A model generated the notes under the pieces. It was not told the DNA's origin. It saw only the letters and a list, made by a program, of their open reading frames with translations, and made no database searches. DNA of 64,000 nucleotides from Chloroflexaceae bacterium (GTDB taxonomy: Bacteria; Chloroflexota; Chloroflexia; Chloroflexales; Chloroflexaceae), in NCBI GenBank assembly GCA_034435975.1, contig DAOTWD010000003.1, forward strand, positions 70,167 to 134,166, read 5' to 3'. The number at the start of each line of letters is the position of its first letter. Within the stretch, counting starts at the first letter, position 1. Position numbers and translations under genes: made by a program. This document shows, in pieces, positions 27,613-36,948 of this stretch.

Positions 27613-30117
27613 ATGGTAAAACAAACTTTTATACGACAGTGTGGTACAGTGGTTGCGCTGTTTAGCATCTGGGTACTTATGATCGGCTTGCTGCCTACAG
27701 TACCGGTCATCGCCAACCAGCCCGTGAGTCAACCTCTGGATACAACGATGGAGAACTTTGCGGGTGGTATTTTTGAACGGACTACCATCAGTGCTACTGG
27801 TGATGGTGCCGTGGAATTAATGCGTGCTGGCAGGTTGCGGCGCTGGCAGGATGCTCCTTTCACTCTGCCTGAGAGTCTGGCAGAACAAGGTGTGGTAGCG
27901 CTGGGCGAGCGGCTGTATGTGATTGGCGGTAGTACTGACCCTGGTGCCGAAACAGGAGGTGGTTCAAGCAAAGTCTATTGGACAGAGATCGATCCAGCCC
28001 AGGGCCGTCCCAAAGATGCTGACCAACCCTGGAAGACGGTCGAACTGCCGACGGTTAAAACCAGTGATCGGTGTGAAACACCGGTGGCCGCACTCTCCCG
28101 TGCCGCAGTAGCGGCGGTGAAGGACGGGGGGCCACGTGGAACGAGTAATACCGGCACGCTGTATGTCATTGGCGGTCGAGTGGCACCTGCTCCCTGCCCG
28201 ATCCCTACTCTCTCTAGCAACGTGGTACACATTGGGCGCGTTAACGCCGAGGGTGCCATTAGCTGGTCAGAAGGTTCAGAATTACCGAATGGCCTGGAAT
28301 CGGCAACCGCGACCAGTATTACCATTAATAATCGGACATTCATTTATGTCTTCGGTGGCCTGGAATACCGCATTAGTCCGATTACTGGTGGGCTACAGAT
28401 TATCGAGTCGCGTACCGTGTATTATGCCGAGGTGAATAAGGCTGATGGTAGTCTGGGCAGTTGGAACATCGGGCCAGATATCCCCCTGGTCGGTGATGTG
28501 CCTGGCCTGTGGAATGCCACGGCAGTGCCGGTGGTGGCCCAGAATGGTAACAGTGCGATCTATCTGATGGGTGGTCAGACCCGGTTGAGTACACAGAGCG
28601 GCCAGGGAGCGGAATATAATCCCCGTGTCTTTCGGGCGATGATCAGCAATGATGGCACTCTTACCTGGGATACAGAGCCAGGACGCCTACAAAACGGTGG
28701 TAGTTCACCTGTGTCGTTCGGTCCTCGCATCGGTTTGTCGGGGGTTGTGCATGCGGGTAAGTTGTATCTCATCGGCGGTGCGGCGAGTGAGACAGCAAAT
28801 GGCGAGAGTGCTGTCTTCACGGCGATTATCAACGATGACCTGACATTGCAGAATTTTGGAACAGATACGCTTCCGCAGTTTTTTGTCGAGAGTAGCAACA
28901 TCTTGCCTTTCTGGCGTACATTTCACGCCAGTACCTTCGTGCCCGCCATACCAACTCCAGAAGACCCCGCAGCTGTCTATATCTTCACCATTGCTGGCAC
29001 CGGCCCGAATCCTGCTGGTACCGTTAGTGTGCGCAATACCATGTTCAGGGGGCGTGTGGGCGGTAAGGGTGATACCCAGGAGGAAGGGAATGTCGTTGAG
29101 CAGGGGTGGTATTATTCGCGGTTTCATACCACGCGTCTGTCCGATGCGCGCATTAAGCAGTTTATCTGGAACACAGAGCAGACCGATGATCAGGATATCC
29201 GGCTAGAATACCGTGTTACCAAAAATATCTGTAGCGCCGACAATCCTTTTGGTAATGCAGAGTGGAAAGCACTGGATGGGGTACCCGATAATGCCGGGAA
29301 GTTCTCAAAAACTGGTCTCAATAATCATGTATTTGAAGATCGCGGTGAAGATGAACCGGAGGCCAACTGTGTCCAGTATCGTGCATTTTTGCAACGTGGT
29401 GCAGACACAGGCACCTCACCCGCGCTGCTTGATGTGGGGATCGACGTGATTGCCAGTGGTAGTCCCGATCTGAAGGTACATACCTTGCAGGTTCTGCGGG
29501 GCGAGAACGAACGAACGTTTACCGGGCTAAATATTGCGATTATTAACCAGAACGATGTCGAGAACACCACCGAGTTGCCGCCTGGCTCGTTCTATGTTGA
29601 CCTGTGTGTGTTACAACCTGGTGAAACAACCACTCCGCCGCAATTGAGTGTGTTTCCGCTGAATCTTGATCCACCCCTGCCATGTGTTAGATCCTATGCT
29701 ATGGTTAACAGCAGCCAGGTGGGCATTGATAGACCCTATCAGATCAATCGGCGCTGGTATGATCCACATAACAATAATGCCGAACTGTCTTCGATGCAAG
29801 AAATGGAACGCTTCTTCGACAAAGTCGGCGTGTATAGGGTGTATGTCGCCGTAGACTCGCTCAACAACATTCCCGAGACATCACCTGGGGGCGAAGAGAA
29901 CAACGTCAGCGATCGATTAGAAGTTGTTATTTATCCGGCTGATGATCCAGTATGGAATCCGACGATGACTCCGCCGCCAGATGTGACTCCCGATGTTGAT
30001 ATTCCACCGGCAATTGCTACTCCAACGCCCACTTTGACTACTGTTCCAACCGTGACCCCTACTCCAACTCCAGAGGCAGGGCCACCCACCGTGTATTTGC
30101 CGATTATCAGACGTTAA
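27613..30117 (+). CDS. secreted or membrane-anchored Kelch-repeat (beta-propeller) protein with a Pro/Thr-rich C-terminal tail
   Basis: N-terminal signal anchor (VVALFSIWVLMIGLLPTV). Repeated Kelch-type strands: LYVIGG, LYVIGGRVAP, IYVFGGLEY, IYLMGGQT, LYLIGGAAS. The tail is ...TPTPTLTTVPTVTPTPTPEAGPPTVYLPIIRR. The ATG at 27613 follows GGAG. Confidence 0.75.
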   Translation: MVKQTFIRQCGTVVALFSIWVLMIGLLPTVPVIANQPVSQPLDTTMENFAGGIFERTTISATGDGAVELMRAGRLRRWQDAPFTLPESLAEQGVVALGERLYVIGGSTDPGAETGGGSSKVYWTEIDPAQGRPKDADQPWKTVELPTVKTSDRCETPVAALSRAAVAAVKDGGPRGTSNTGTLYVIGGRVAPAPCPIPTLSSNVVHIGRVNAEGAISWSEGSELPNGLESATATSITINNRTFIYVFGGLEYRISPITGGLQIIESRTVYYAEVNKADGSLGSWNIGPDIPLVGDVPGLWNATAVPVVAQNGNSAIYLMGGQTRLSTQSGQGAEYNPRVFRAMISNDGTLTWDTEPGRLQNGGSSPVSFGPRIGLSGVVHAGKLYLIGGAASETANGESAVFTAIINDDLTLQNFGTDTLPQFFVESSNILPFWRTFHASTFVPAIPTPEDPAAVYIFTIAGTGPNPAGTVSVRNTMFRGRVGGKGDTQEEGNVVEQGWYYSRFHTTRLSDARIKQFIWNTEQTDDQDIRLEYRVTKNICSADNPFGNAEWKALDGVPDNAGKFSKTGLNNHVFEDRGEDEPEANCVQYRAFLQRGADTGTSPALLDVGIDVIASGSPDLKVHTLQVLRGENERTFTGLNIAIINQNDVENTTELPPGSFYVDLCVLQPGETTTPPQLSVFPLNLDPPLPCVRSYAMVNSSQVGIDRPYQINRRWYDPHNNNAELSSMQEMERFFDKVGVYRVYVAVDSLNNIPETSPGGEENNVSDRLEVVIYPADDPVWNPTMTPPPDVTPDVDIPPAIATPTPTLTTVPTVTPTPTPEAGPPTVYLPIIRR

Positions 30118-30150
30118 CACGGGTATGGCAGGGCGATGACATGGCGTACA

Positions 30151-30185
30151 CAGCAGGGAAACGGGCAGACCGTATCTCCCTGCTG
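30151..30185 (+). terminator. hairpin 34 nt after the Kelch gene stop (CAGCAGGGA...TCCCTGCTG with inner ACGG/CCGT)
   Basis: The 9-bp outer stem and 4-bp inner stem were read directly. Only a weak T-rich tail follows (ctttgtt). Confidence 0.3.
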
Positions 30186-30374
30186 CGTGCTGTCGTGCTT
30201 TGTTCAAGAAGTATATCATTAGAGCTAGAAATACCAGCAGTATGGGTTGTAGCACGGTGTAGAGGGCTTATGAACAGGAACGTAGAGCAGCCTATCCCAA
30301 TTGACAATGCCTTCAGGCGTGCTCTATTGTCATTGACGCAGCGAACGTAGTATTACAACGAGACTTCACCACAG

Positions 30375-30460
30375 CCGGAGCGCGGGGGCTACAGGCCTCT
30401 GCGCATGGTTCCTTTGTAGTGTGGCGGGTTGAAGCCGCACCACGCCTTCCTACCCAGGGG
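30375..30460 (+). repeat. dispersed intergenic repeat, family B, copy 3 (divergent)
   Basis: Shares the blocks GGCT.CAGGCC.C and CACCAC.CC...GGG with copies 1 and 2, but is more diverged. Confidence 0.4.
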
Positions 30461-30587
30461 ATGTCTCGTTGCAGTAATAGAGCGATGATTGGCTTTGATT
30501 AGGATACGGTCTTGAGACGAACCTGCTATGCTCCGGCACGTTATCACCATACATTGCGCTAAATATGATCCATTGGTAACAGGCGTG

Positions 30588-30596
30588 TGCTATAAT
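30588..30596 (+). promoter_or_regulatory. extended -10 promoter element TGCTATAAT upstream of cpaB
   Basis: TGnTATAAT read directly, 62 nt before the cpaB ATG. ATAATATGG is directly repeated 13 nt downstream. Confidence 0.35.
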
Positions 30597-30657
30597 ATGG
30601 CACATAATATGGCTGGTGGCCCGTTGGGTTCGCATTGATAAGGAAAGAAGCCTCATT

Positions 30658-31626
30658 ATGAGACGTGGTGGCATGGTTATACTTTTCATTGGTGTCATTG
30701 TGGCGCTGATTGTTGCAGGCTTCCTGATCTTTTTTTTCCAGATGAATAATTTTGGCGGTGGAGAAATCACTCCGGTTCCTACGGAAGATCCGGGCATTGT
30801 GGTGGTGGTGGCACGGGTTGATATTCCTGCCAATACCCTGATTGATGATCGGGATACATTACTGGACGAGCGGACTATTCCAACCAACAATTTTTCTCCT
30901 CAATATCTGACCAATATGGCAGATGTCGAGGGACGACTGGCAGTAAACGTTATTCGGGCAGGCGATCCTATTCGTCGCTCTGATCTAACCACTCCCGGTC
31001 TGTCTCAGCAGATCCCAACCGCCGAGCCAGATCGGCCGCGAACCAAAGCCTATTCGCTCCTGGTCAACAGTCTGTCGGGCGTAGCCGATCAGATTCGCCC
31101 CAACGATTTTGTCGATGTGGTTGCGACCTTCTCTATTCCACGCCGGCTTACGTATCCGACAGGAAGGGATGACCAGGGCCAGATAGTATATGAACACTTC
31201 ACTGAGATCTTCCAGTCTACTAAAACCATCGTCCAACAGGTGCAGGTTATGCGCATCCTTCGTCGGAGGGTTAATGCCGAGGGTACGCCCGTGGCTCAAC
31301 AAGAACAGCCCACAGCCCCGACAGGTGAACCAGGCCAGACAACTCAAGGTGACTTTGTTACCGAAGGAGACTGGTTGCTCGTGCTGGCGGTTAATAATCA
31401 AGAGGCTGAATTGATTGACTTTGCCCGTAATACCAACGCTGCTATTACCTTGGTATTGCGCGGGGCTGGTGATGGAGACTTTGAACAAACGATCGGTGCG
31501 TCATTTGATTTGCTTGTTGGTGAATTTGGTGTGCCATTACCGCAGCCAGTACGCGGACGGGTACATGGTGAAGAGGTATTTCTTCCTGATCCGACCTCAA
31601 CCCCGGCCCCAACGCGGGTGCCGTAG
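30658..31626 (+). CDS. cpaB: Flp pilus assembly protein CpaB (RcpC-like, SAF domain)
   Basis: N-terminal TM (MVILFIGVIVALIVAGFLIFFF). SAF-like segment (LAVNVIRAGDPIRRSDL). C-terminal beta-clip region with LVLAVNNQEAELIDFARNTNAAITLVLRG. Confidence 0.75.
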   Translation: MRRGGMVILFIGVIVALIVAGFLIFFFQMNNFGGGEITPVPTEDPGIVVVVARVDIPANTLIDDRDTLLDERTIPTNNFSPQYLTNMADVEGRLAVNVIRAGDPIRRSDLTTPGLSQQIPTAEPDRPRTKAYSLLVNSLSGVADQIRPNDFVDVVATFSIPRRLTYPTGRDDQGQIVYEHFTEIFQSTKTIVQQVQVMRILRRRVNAEGTPVAQQEQPTAPTGEPGQTTQGDFVTEGDWLLVLAVNNQEAELIDFARNTNAAITLVLRGAGDGDFEQTIGASFDLLVGEFGVPLPQPVRGRVHGEEVFLPDPTSTPAPTRVP

Positions 31627-31680
31627 CAGGCTGGTTGCGTCTATACGGAGAGCAACGCTGATGCTTGTACAATAGTAGCG

Positions 31681-31735
31681 ACGATCATGCATGCTTGAAC
31701 CGGTCAACTGCACTGCTTCAAGCATGCATGATCGT
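31681..31735. promoter_or_regulatory. 19-bp perfect inverted repeat with a 17-nt loop between cpaB and tadZ
   Basis: ACGATCATGCATGCTTGAA (31681-31699) and TTCAAGCATGCATGATCGT (31717-31735) are exact reverse complements. Confidence 0.5.
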
Positions 31736-31880
31736 ATACTCAATATGCATGTGGGGATTGTGCGCACCCGTTGCTTATATAGGGTAGTGTTGTGAATGCG
31801 AATGTAGATCGATTTTTTGCTTGAGCTATGCGCTGATTGGGTACGCAACTGCCGAACCATGCGAGATGAGGAGTTAATCC

Positions 31881-33161
31881 ATGACAGAAAGCGACAAGAT
31901 CCGGGTGATGATTGTAGACGATATTGTAGATACCCGTGATCAGATCGAGAAACTGTTGTTTTTCGAGAAAGATATCGAAGTTATTGCCAAAGCCAGCAAT
32001 GGCCGTGAGGCAGTAGCGATGGCTAAACAGTATAAACCAGATGTTATCCTGATGGACATTAATATGCCCGAAATGGATGGCATCGCGGCCACGGAAGCGA
32101 TCATGGCCCAGGACTCAGCGGTGCAGGTCATCATTATGAGCGTGCAGGGTGAGACCGACTATCTGCGCCGGGCTATGCTGGCCGGGGCACGGGAGTTTTT
32201 GACCAAGCCGATCAGTGCAGATGATCTGTATAAATCGATTCGTCATGTTTATCGTCTGGCAGCTACTCGACCACGTGTTGCACCACAGGCAAGCAGTGCT
32301 ACTGATAATGGGAGGAGTGACAGCGGCACTCAGGGGCAGATCATCGCAGTGTTCAGTCCCAAAGGCGGAGTTGGCACCTCTACGATCGCCGCCAATTTAG
32401 CGGTAGCGTTACGGCAGTTAACACACAAGAAGGTGGTTCTGGTTGATGGGAACTTGATTTTTGGCGACCTGAACGTTATTCTGAATTTAATCTCGAAAAA
32501 GACCATAGTCGAACTGGCCCAACGGGTAGATGATCTTGACCGCGATTTACTGAATGATGTACTGGCGACACATACCTCCCAGATTAAAGTATTACTTGCT
32601 CCGCCCAATCCACAAACGGGTGAACTGGTGACAGCAGATCACTTACGAACTATACTAGAGTTGATACGCCGCGAATTTGATTATGTGGTGGTAGATACGC
32701 AGTCGTCGTTTCAAGATCGCGCTCTGGCTGTGTTAGATCTCGCGGATCGGATTGTGACCTTGATGACACTGGAAATGCCGTGCATTAAGAATATCAAGCT
32801 CTTCCTGGAGGTTGCCGAGCTACTAGAATATTCGAAAGAAAAGATTATGCTGGTCCTCAACAAGGCTGATAATCGCATGGGCTTTAGTGTCAAAGATGTG
32901 CAAAATAATATACAACACGAGGTTATGTTGCAGATTGCGAATGCGCCCCAGGAGGTAACGTATTCAATCAATGAGGGGGTACCGCTGGTGATTTCCAGGC
33001 GTACGCATCCAACATCGCGAGATATCTTTACACTGGCCGGGCGATTGTGCAATGTCTCGAAAGGGGTTACGGATGTACCGCCACCGTCGGATGGGCGGAC
33101 ACCTCAGAAGAAGGCAGGCCAGAGCCGTGGTTTATTTGGTCGGTTGTTGGCACGACGATAG
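31881..33161 (+). CDS. tadZ: response-regulator receiver fused to a CpaE/TadZ ParA/MinD-type ATPase
   Basis: Canonical REC (MIVDDIVD, VILMDINMPEMDG, IIMSVQG, FLTKP), then a deviant Walker A IIAVFSPKGGVGTSTIAANLA. The C-terminal SRGLFGRLLARR is amphipathic and basic. Confidence 0.85.
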   Translation: MTESDKIRVMIVDDIVDTRDQIEKLLFFEKDIEVIAKASNGREAVAMAKQYKPDVILMDINMPEMDGIAATEAIMAQDSAVQVIIMSVQGETDYLRRAMLAGAREFLTKPISADDLYKSIRHVYRLAATRPRVAPQASSATDNGRSDSGTQGQIIAVFSPKGGVGTSTIAANLAVALRQLTHKKVVLVDGNLIFGDLNVILNLISKKTIVELAQRVDDLDRDLLNDVLATHTSQIKVLLAPPNPQTGELVTADHLRTILELIRREFDYVVVDTQSSFQDRALAVLDLADRIVTLMTLEMPCIKNIKLFLEVAELLEYSKEKIMLVLNKADNRMGFSVKDVQNNIQHEVMLQIANAPQEVTYSINEGVPLVISRRTHPTSRDIFTLAGRLCNVSKGVTDVPPPSDGRTPQKKAGQSRGLFGRLLARR

Positions 33162-33190
33162 CAAGTTTTTCATATAGGCGGAGGCATAGT

Positions 33191-34600
33191 ATGTCGTTGT
33201 TGAAACGCATTGGTGGTGCAACTCCGGGAACAGAAGAGGCAACAGGGACACAACGTCCAGTGGTGACGAGTACTCTGCGTCGAGAAGAGGTGCGTCCATC
33301 TGGCTCTGGAAGTGGACGTGAACAGGAAGATACGTTCACTGAGATCAAGATGCGTGTGCAATCCAAGTTGATTAGTGAACTCGATCCTAACCTGGATCTT
33401 TCAAATACGACACGTGTGCGACGCCAGGTTGAGGAGGTCTTTAACTCGATCCTAGATGGCGAGAGCATTGTCTTGAGTCGTGCTGAGCGGGCGCGCATGT
33501 TTGAAGCTATAGCGGCTGACATTCTGGGGTATGGGCCATTGCAGCAATTTCTGGCAGATGATGAAATCAGTGAAATTATGGTGAATGGCCCACGGCAGAT
33601 CTATATTGAAAAGCGTGGTAAGCTGATCAAAACCGATGTCGTGTTTTATAATGACGACCATGTGTTGCGCATTATCGATCGGATTGTTGCTCCACTGGGG
33701 CGACGTATTGATGAGTCATCGCCGATGGTCGATGCACGTTTGCCCGATGGTAGTCGTGTCAATGCGATTATCCGCCCGTTGTCGCTGATCGGGCCCGTGA
33801 TCACGATCCGTAAATTTCGCAAGGAATCCTTTACGGTGGCCGATCTGGTGCGCTTTGGCACGTTCACTCAGGAGATGGTCGAGTTTCTCGCGGCATGTGT
33901 CCGTGCTCGGTTGAATATTGTCGTATCTGGTGGGACTGGCTCAGGCAAAACAACCACCCTGAATGTCCTTTCATCGTTTATCCCTGAAGATGAACGGATC
34001 ATCACCGTTGAAAACGCAGCGGAGTTACAATTACGCCAGGAACATGTGATAACACTCGAATCACGTCCGCCAAATATTGAAGGCCGTGGTGAAGTCACTA
34101 TTCGCGATCTGGTGATTAACTGTTTGCGTATGCGCCCGGAACGAATCGTGGTCGGTGAGTGTCGTGGCGGTGAAACGCTTGACATGCTCCAGGCAATGAA
34201 TACCGGCCACGATGGTTCTATGACTACGGTGCATGCGAACTCACCTCGTGATAGTATTGCCCGTATCGAGACAATGTGTTTGATGGCCGGGATGGATTTG
34301 CCCTCACGCGCTATTCGTGAACAGATTGCCGCAGCGGTTGATGTGATTGTGCAGCAGGGCCGTATGAAAGACGGTACGCGCAAAGTTACGGCGATCACCG
34401 AGGTGCAAGGCATGGAAGGTGATGTGGTGGTTCTACAGGACATCTTCGTGTTTGAGCAAACGGGCATTGATGAAAATGGTAAGATTGTAGGAACATTACG
34501 TCCAACCGGTGTCCGACCGAAGTTTGTTGAGAAGTTTGAGGCACTCAATATTTATCTACCACCAAATGTTTTTGGCTATTCGGCGGAACGGTTCTTCTAG
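33191..34600 (+). CDS. cpaF: CpaF/TadA type II/IV secretion-family pilus assembly ATPase
   Basis: Walker A VSGGTGSGKTTTLNVL, Asp box, Walker B RIVVGECRGGE, His box MNTGHDGSMTTVHAN. The ATG at 33191 follows GGAGG. Confidence 0.9.
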   Translation: MSLLKRIGGATPGTEEATGTQRPVVTSTLRREEVRPSGSGSGREQEDTFTEIKMRVQSKLISELDPNLDLSNTTRVRRQVEEVFNSILDGESIVLSRAERARMFEAIAADILGYGPLQQFLADDEISEIMVNGPRQIYIEKRGKLIKTDVVFYNDDHVLRIIDRIVAPLGRRIDESSPMVDARLPDGSRVNAIIRPLSLIGPVITIRKFRKESFTVADLVRFGTFTQEMVEFLAACVRARLNIVVSGGTGSGKTTTLNVLSSFIPEDERIITVENAAELQLRQEHVITLESRPPNIEGRGEVTIRDLVINCLRMRPERIVVGECRGGETLDMLQAMNTGHDGSMTTVHANSPRDSIARIETMCLMAGMDLPSRAIREQIAAAVDVIVQQGRMKDGTRKVTAITEVQGMEGDVVVLQDIFVFEQTGIDENGKIVGTLRPTGVRPKFVEKFEALNIYLPPNVFGYSAERFF

Positions 34601-34610
34601 GAATGGTGGA

Positions 34611-35597
34611 ATGCAAAACATGCTTGGGTCTGACATACTGCCATTTGCGGCAGCCGGGGTTGTCTTTCTCGTGATCATTCTCGTCTCCGGGGTAGTAGCC
34701 CGAACTATAGGACGTGATGATGTCTCGGATCGTCTCTCGCAGTATGCGAGGCGCGGTGATGCGGAAGCAGACGTTAATCCACAGCAGGTGTTTGCTCGTA
34801 TCGATGCAGTTGTCCGCAAGAGTGAACGGGGAAACAATCTGGCGCGCGACCTGGCACGTGCTGACCTGAAATGGAAGGTATCAGAGTTTATTGGCCTGAA
34901 GTTGCTGTCAGCCTTAGCCGGAGCGGGCATGGGTGCTTTTGTTGGACGTGCATCTCCACAGGCAATGTTGATCTCAGCACTGGTGGGTGCGGTGCTGCTA
35001 TCATTTGCGCCAAACGTCTACATGTCTATCCGTGCTAGTAGGCGCGTAAAGTCCTTTAATAACCAGTTGGGTGATACGATTATTTTAATGGCCAATGCTT
35101 TGCGTAGTGGGTATAGCTTTTTGCAGACCCTGGATATGGTCTCGAAAGAGGCTCCGCCGCCGGTCTCAACCGAGTTTAATCGCGTTGTCCAGGAGGTTGG
35201 TCTCGGCCGCACCACCGAGGAGGCACTCGCCAATCTGTTGCGTCGCGTACCATCAGATGACCTCGAATTGCTTATCACGGCAGTGAATATACAGCATGAA
35301 GTTGGAGGTAATCTGGCACAAATTCTGGATACCATTGGTCATACGATTCGTGAGCGGGTACGTATCAAGGGTGAAATCAAAACGTTGACGGCTCAGGGAC
35401 GTATTTCGGCCTATGTGATTACAGGGTTACCCGTTGCCCTGGCTATTTTTATTAGTGTCATCAATCCTGAGTATATGGCTCCTCTGTTTAGCTTTGGTAT
35501 GCCCCCCGAACACTGGTGTTGCTTACCGGTTACGGCAGCGTTCATGATTTTGATTGGTTATCTTGCCATTATGAAGATCGTTGATATTGAGGTGTGA
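34611..35597 (+). CDS. tadB: TadB-like type II secretion system F-domain membrane protein
   Basis: T2SSF-type region (LGDTIILMANALRSGYSFLQTLDMVSKEAPPPVSTEFNRVVQEVGLGRTTEEAL) flanked by TM segments. The ATG at 34611 lies just after the cpaF stop. Confidence 0.8.
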   Translation: MQNMLGSDILPFAAAGVVFLVIILVSGVVARTIGRDDVSDRLSQYARRGDAEADVNPQQVFARIDAVVRKSERGNNLARDLARADLKWKVSEFIGLKLLSALAGAGMGAFVGRASPQAMLISALVGAVLLSFAPNVYMSIRASRRVKSFNNQLGDTIILMANALRSGYSFLQTLDMVSKEAPPPVSTEFNRVVQEVGLGRTTEEALANLLRRVPSDDLELLITAVNIQHEVGGNLAQILDTIGHTIRERVRIKGEIKTLTAQGRISAYVITGLPVALAIFISVINPEYMAPLFSFGMPPEHWCCLPVTAAFMILIGYLAIMKIVDIEV

Positions 35598-35606
35598 GGT
35601 ACAGGT

Positions 35607-36533
35607 ATGAATCCTATGCTTATTTTGATCATCATGGGCATACTGTTTCTCTTCAGTGTCTTACTAATTATCTTTGGCCTGACCCGGTGGAAACAGGCCG
35701 ATATGATTAGTGATCGCCTCAACCAGTTTACCGAGCGCGTCATGACGCTCGAAGAACTGGAGTTGCAACAACCATTCCATCAACGTGTCCTCGTGCCAAT
35801 GGGACGTTCTATTTTAACAACGCTCGGTAACTATGGGCCGAAACAGAGTGCCGAACGGCTCAAGAGAAATCTCCAGCAAGCTGGCAACCCTGGAGGTATT
35901 ACGCCCACCATGTTTATCGGGTTGCGGGTCGCTCTGGCGATATTGCTCTGTGGTATTTTTGCCTTTGTCACCTTCACCACGATGGAGTTCTTGCGAGCAG
36001 TGTTGTACAGCGCCTTTGCGCTGGTTCTGGGGTATATGTTACCAGTGGTCTGGCTGGGGCGTCAGATTGCCAGGCGTAAACATAATATCGTTAAGGCTCT
36101 CCCTGATGCATTAGATCTGATAACCATCAGCGTTGAGGCTGGTCTGGCCTTTGACTCGGCTATCCAGCGGGTGACTGATAAGTGGGATGATGAACTGAGT
36201 AAAGAGCTTGCACGGGTATTGGCCGATATGCGCCTGGGGCGATCACGCCGTGAAGCTCTGCGCGATATGGCGACACGGACAGGAGTCGATGACGTGCAGA
36301 CCTTTGTAGCCGCCATTATTCAGGCCGATCAACTGGGTGTACCGTTATCCAAGATCCTGCGTATTCAATCCGATCAGTTGCGGATCCGGCGCCGTCAGCG
36401 GGCAGAAGAAGCAGCCCAGAAGGCACCGATCAAAATGCTCTTCCCTATGGTATTCTTGATCTTTCCGGCGCTGTTTGTGGTTATTCTTGGCCCGGCCGTA
36501 CCACGGATTATGTCGTCGCTGGGTAGTTTGTAG
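35607..36533 (+). CDS. tadC: TadC-like type II secretion system F-domain membrane protein
   Basis: T2SSF region (LPDALDLITISVEAGLAFDSAIQRVTDKWDDELSKELARVLADMRLGRSRREAL) with flanking TM helices. Confidence 0.8.
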   Translation: MNPMLILIIMGILFLFSVLLIIFGLTRWKQADMISDRLNQFTERVMTLEELELQQPFHQRVLVPMGRSILTTLGNYGPKQSAERLKRNLQQAGNPGGITPTMFIGLRVALAILLCGIFAFVTFTTMEFLRAVLYSAFALVLGYMLPVVWLGRQIARRKHNIVKALPDALDLITISVEAGLAFDSAIQRVTDKWDDELSKELARVLADMRLGRSRREALRDMATRTGVDDVQTFVAAIIQADQLGVPLSKILRIQSDQLRIRRRQRAEEAAQKAPIKMLFPMVFLIFPALFVVILGPAVPRIMSSLGSL

Positions 36534-36573
36534 TATGTCTCTCAAATGATAGCTGATCCCAGAACTCTGGCCT

Positions 36574-36948
36574 ATGTCTATACTCGTTATGAATGAAACC
36601 CGCCAGTGTCGATTAGCAGACCGTTGTCAACTGGCGCGTAGCTTCTGGTCGCGTGGATTAGGATTGATGGGGCGTGCCAGCCTTGAGCCTGGTGCGGGAT
36701 TGTTGATCTATCCTGAGTGGAGTATTCATACCTTTTTTATGCGCTTTCCGATCGATGTAGTGTTTGTTGATCGGTACGATACTGTGATTGGTATACGTCA
36801 TGCAATGCCCCCCTATCGTCCCTATGCGGGTGCCTGGGGAGCGCGCTATGTGCTGGAATTGCCGGCTGGAGTACTGGCAGCAACCGCAACCTGTGTTGGT
36901 GATCAATTGACAGTAACACCCTCCCCACATGTATCGGGGCGGCAATGA
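36574..36948 (+). CDS. DUF192 (COG1430) family protein
   Basis: ARSFWSRGLGLMGRASLEPGAGLLIYPEWSIHTFFMRFPIDVVFVD resembles the DUF192 core as I recall it. This family is common at the end of Tad loci. Confidence 0.65.
   Translation: MSILVMNETRQCRLADRCQLARSFWSRGLGLMGRASLEPGAGLLIYPEWSIHTFFMRFPIDVVFVDRYDTVIGIRHAMPPYRPYAGAWGARYVLELPAGVLAATATCVGDQLTVTPSPHVSGRQ

Noticed and set aside
33868-34548. 226-aa ORF on the minus strand
   Set aside because: Antisense to the strongly supported cpaF ATPase gene, and its Ser/Arg/Thr-rich composition is typical of a shadow frame.
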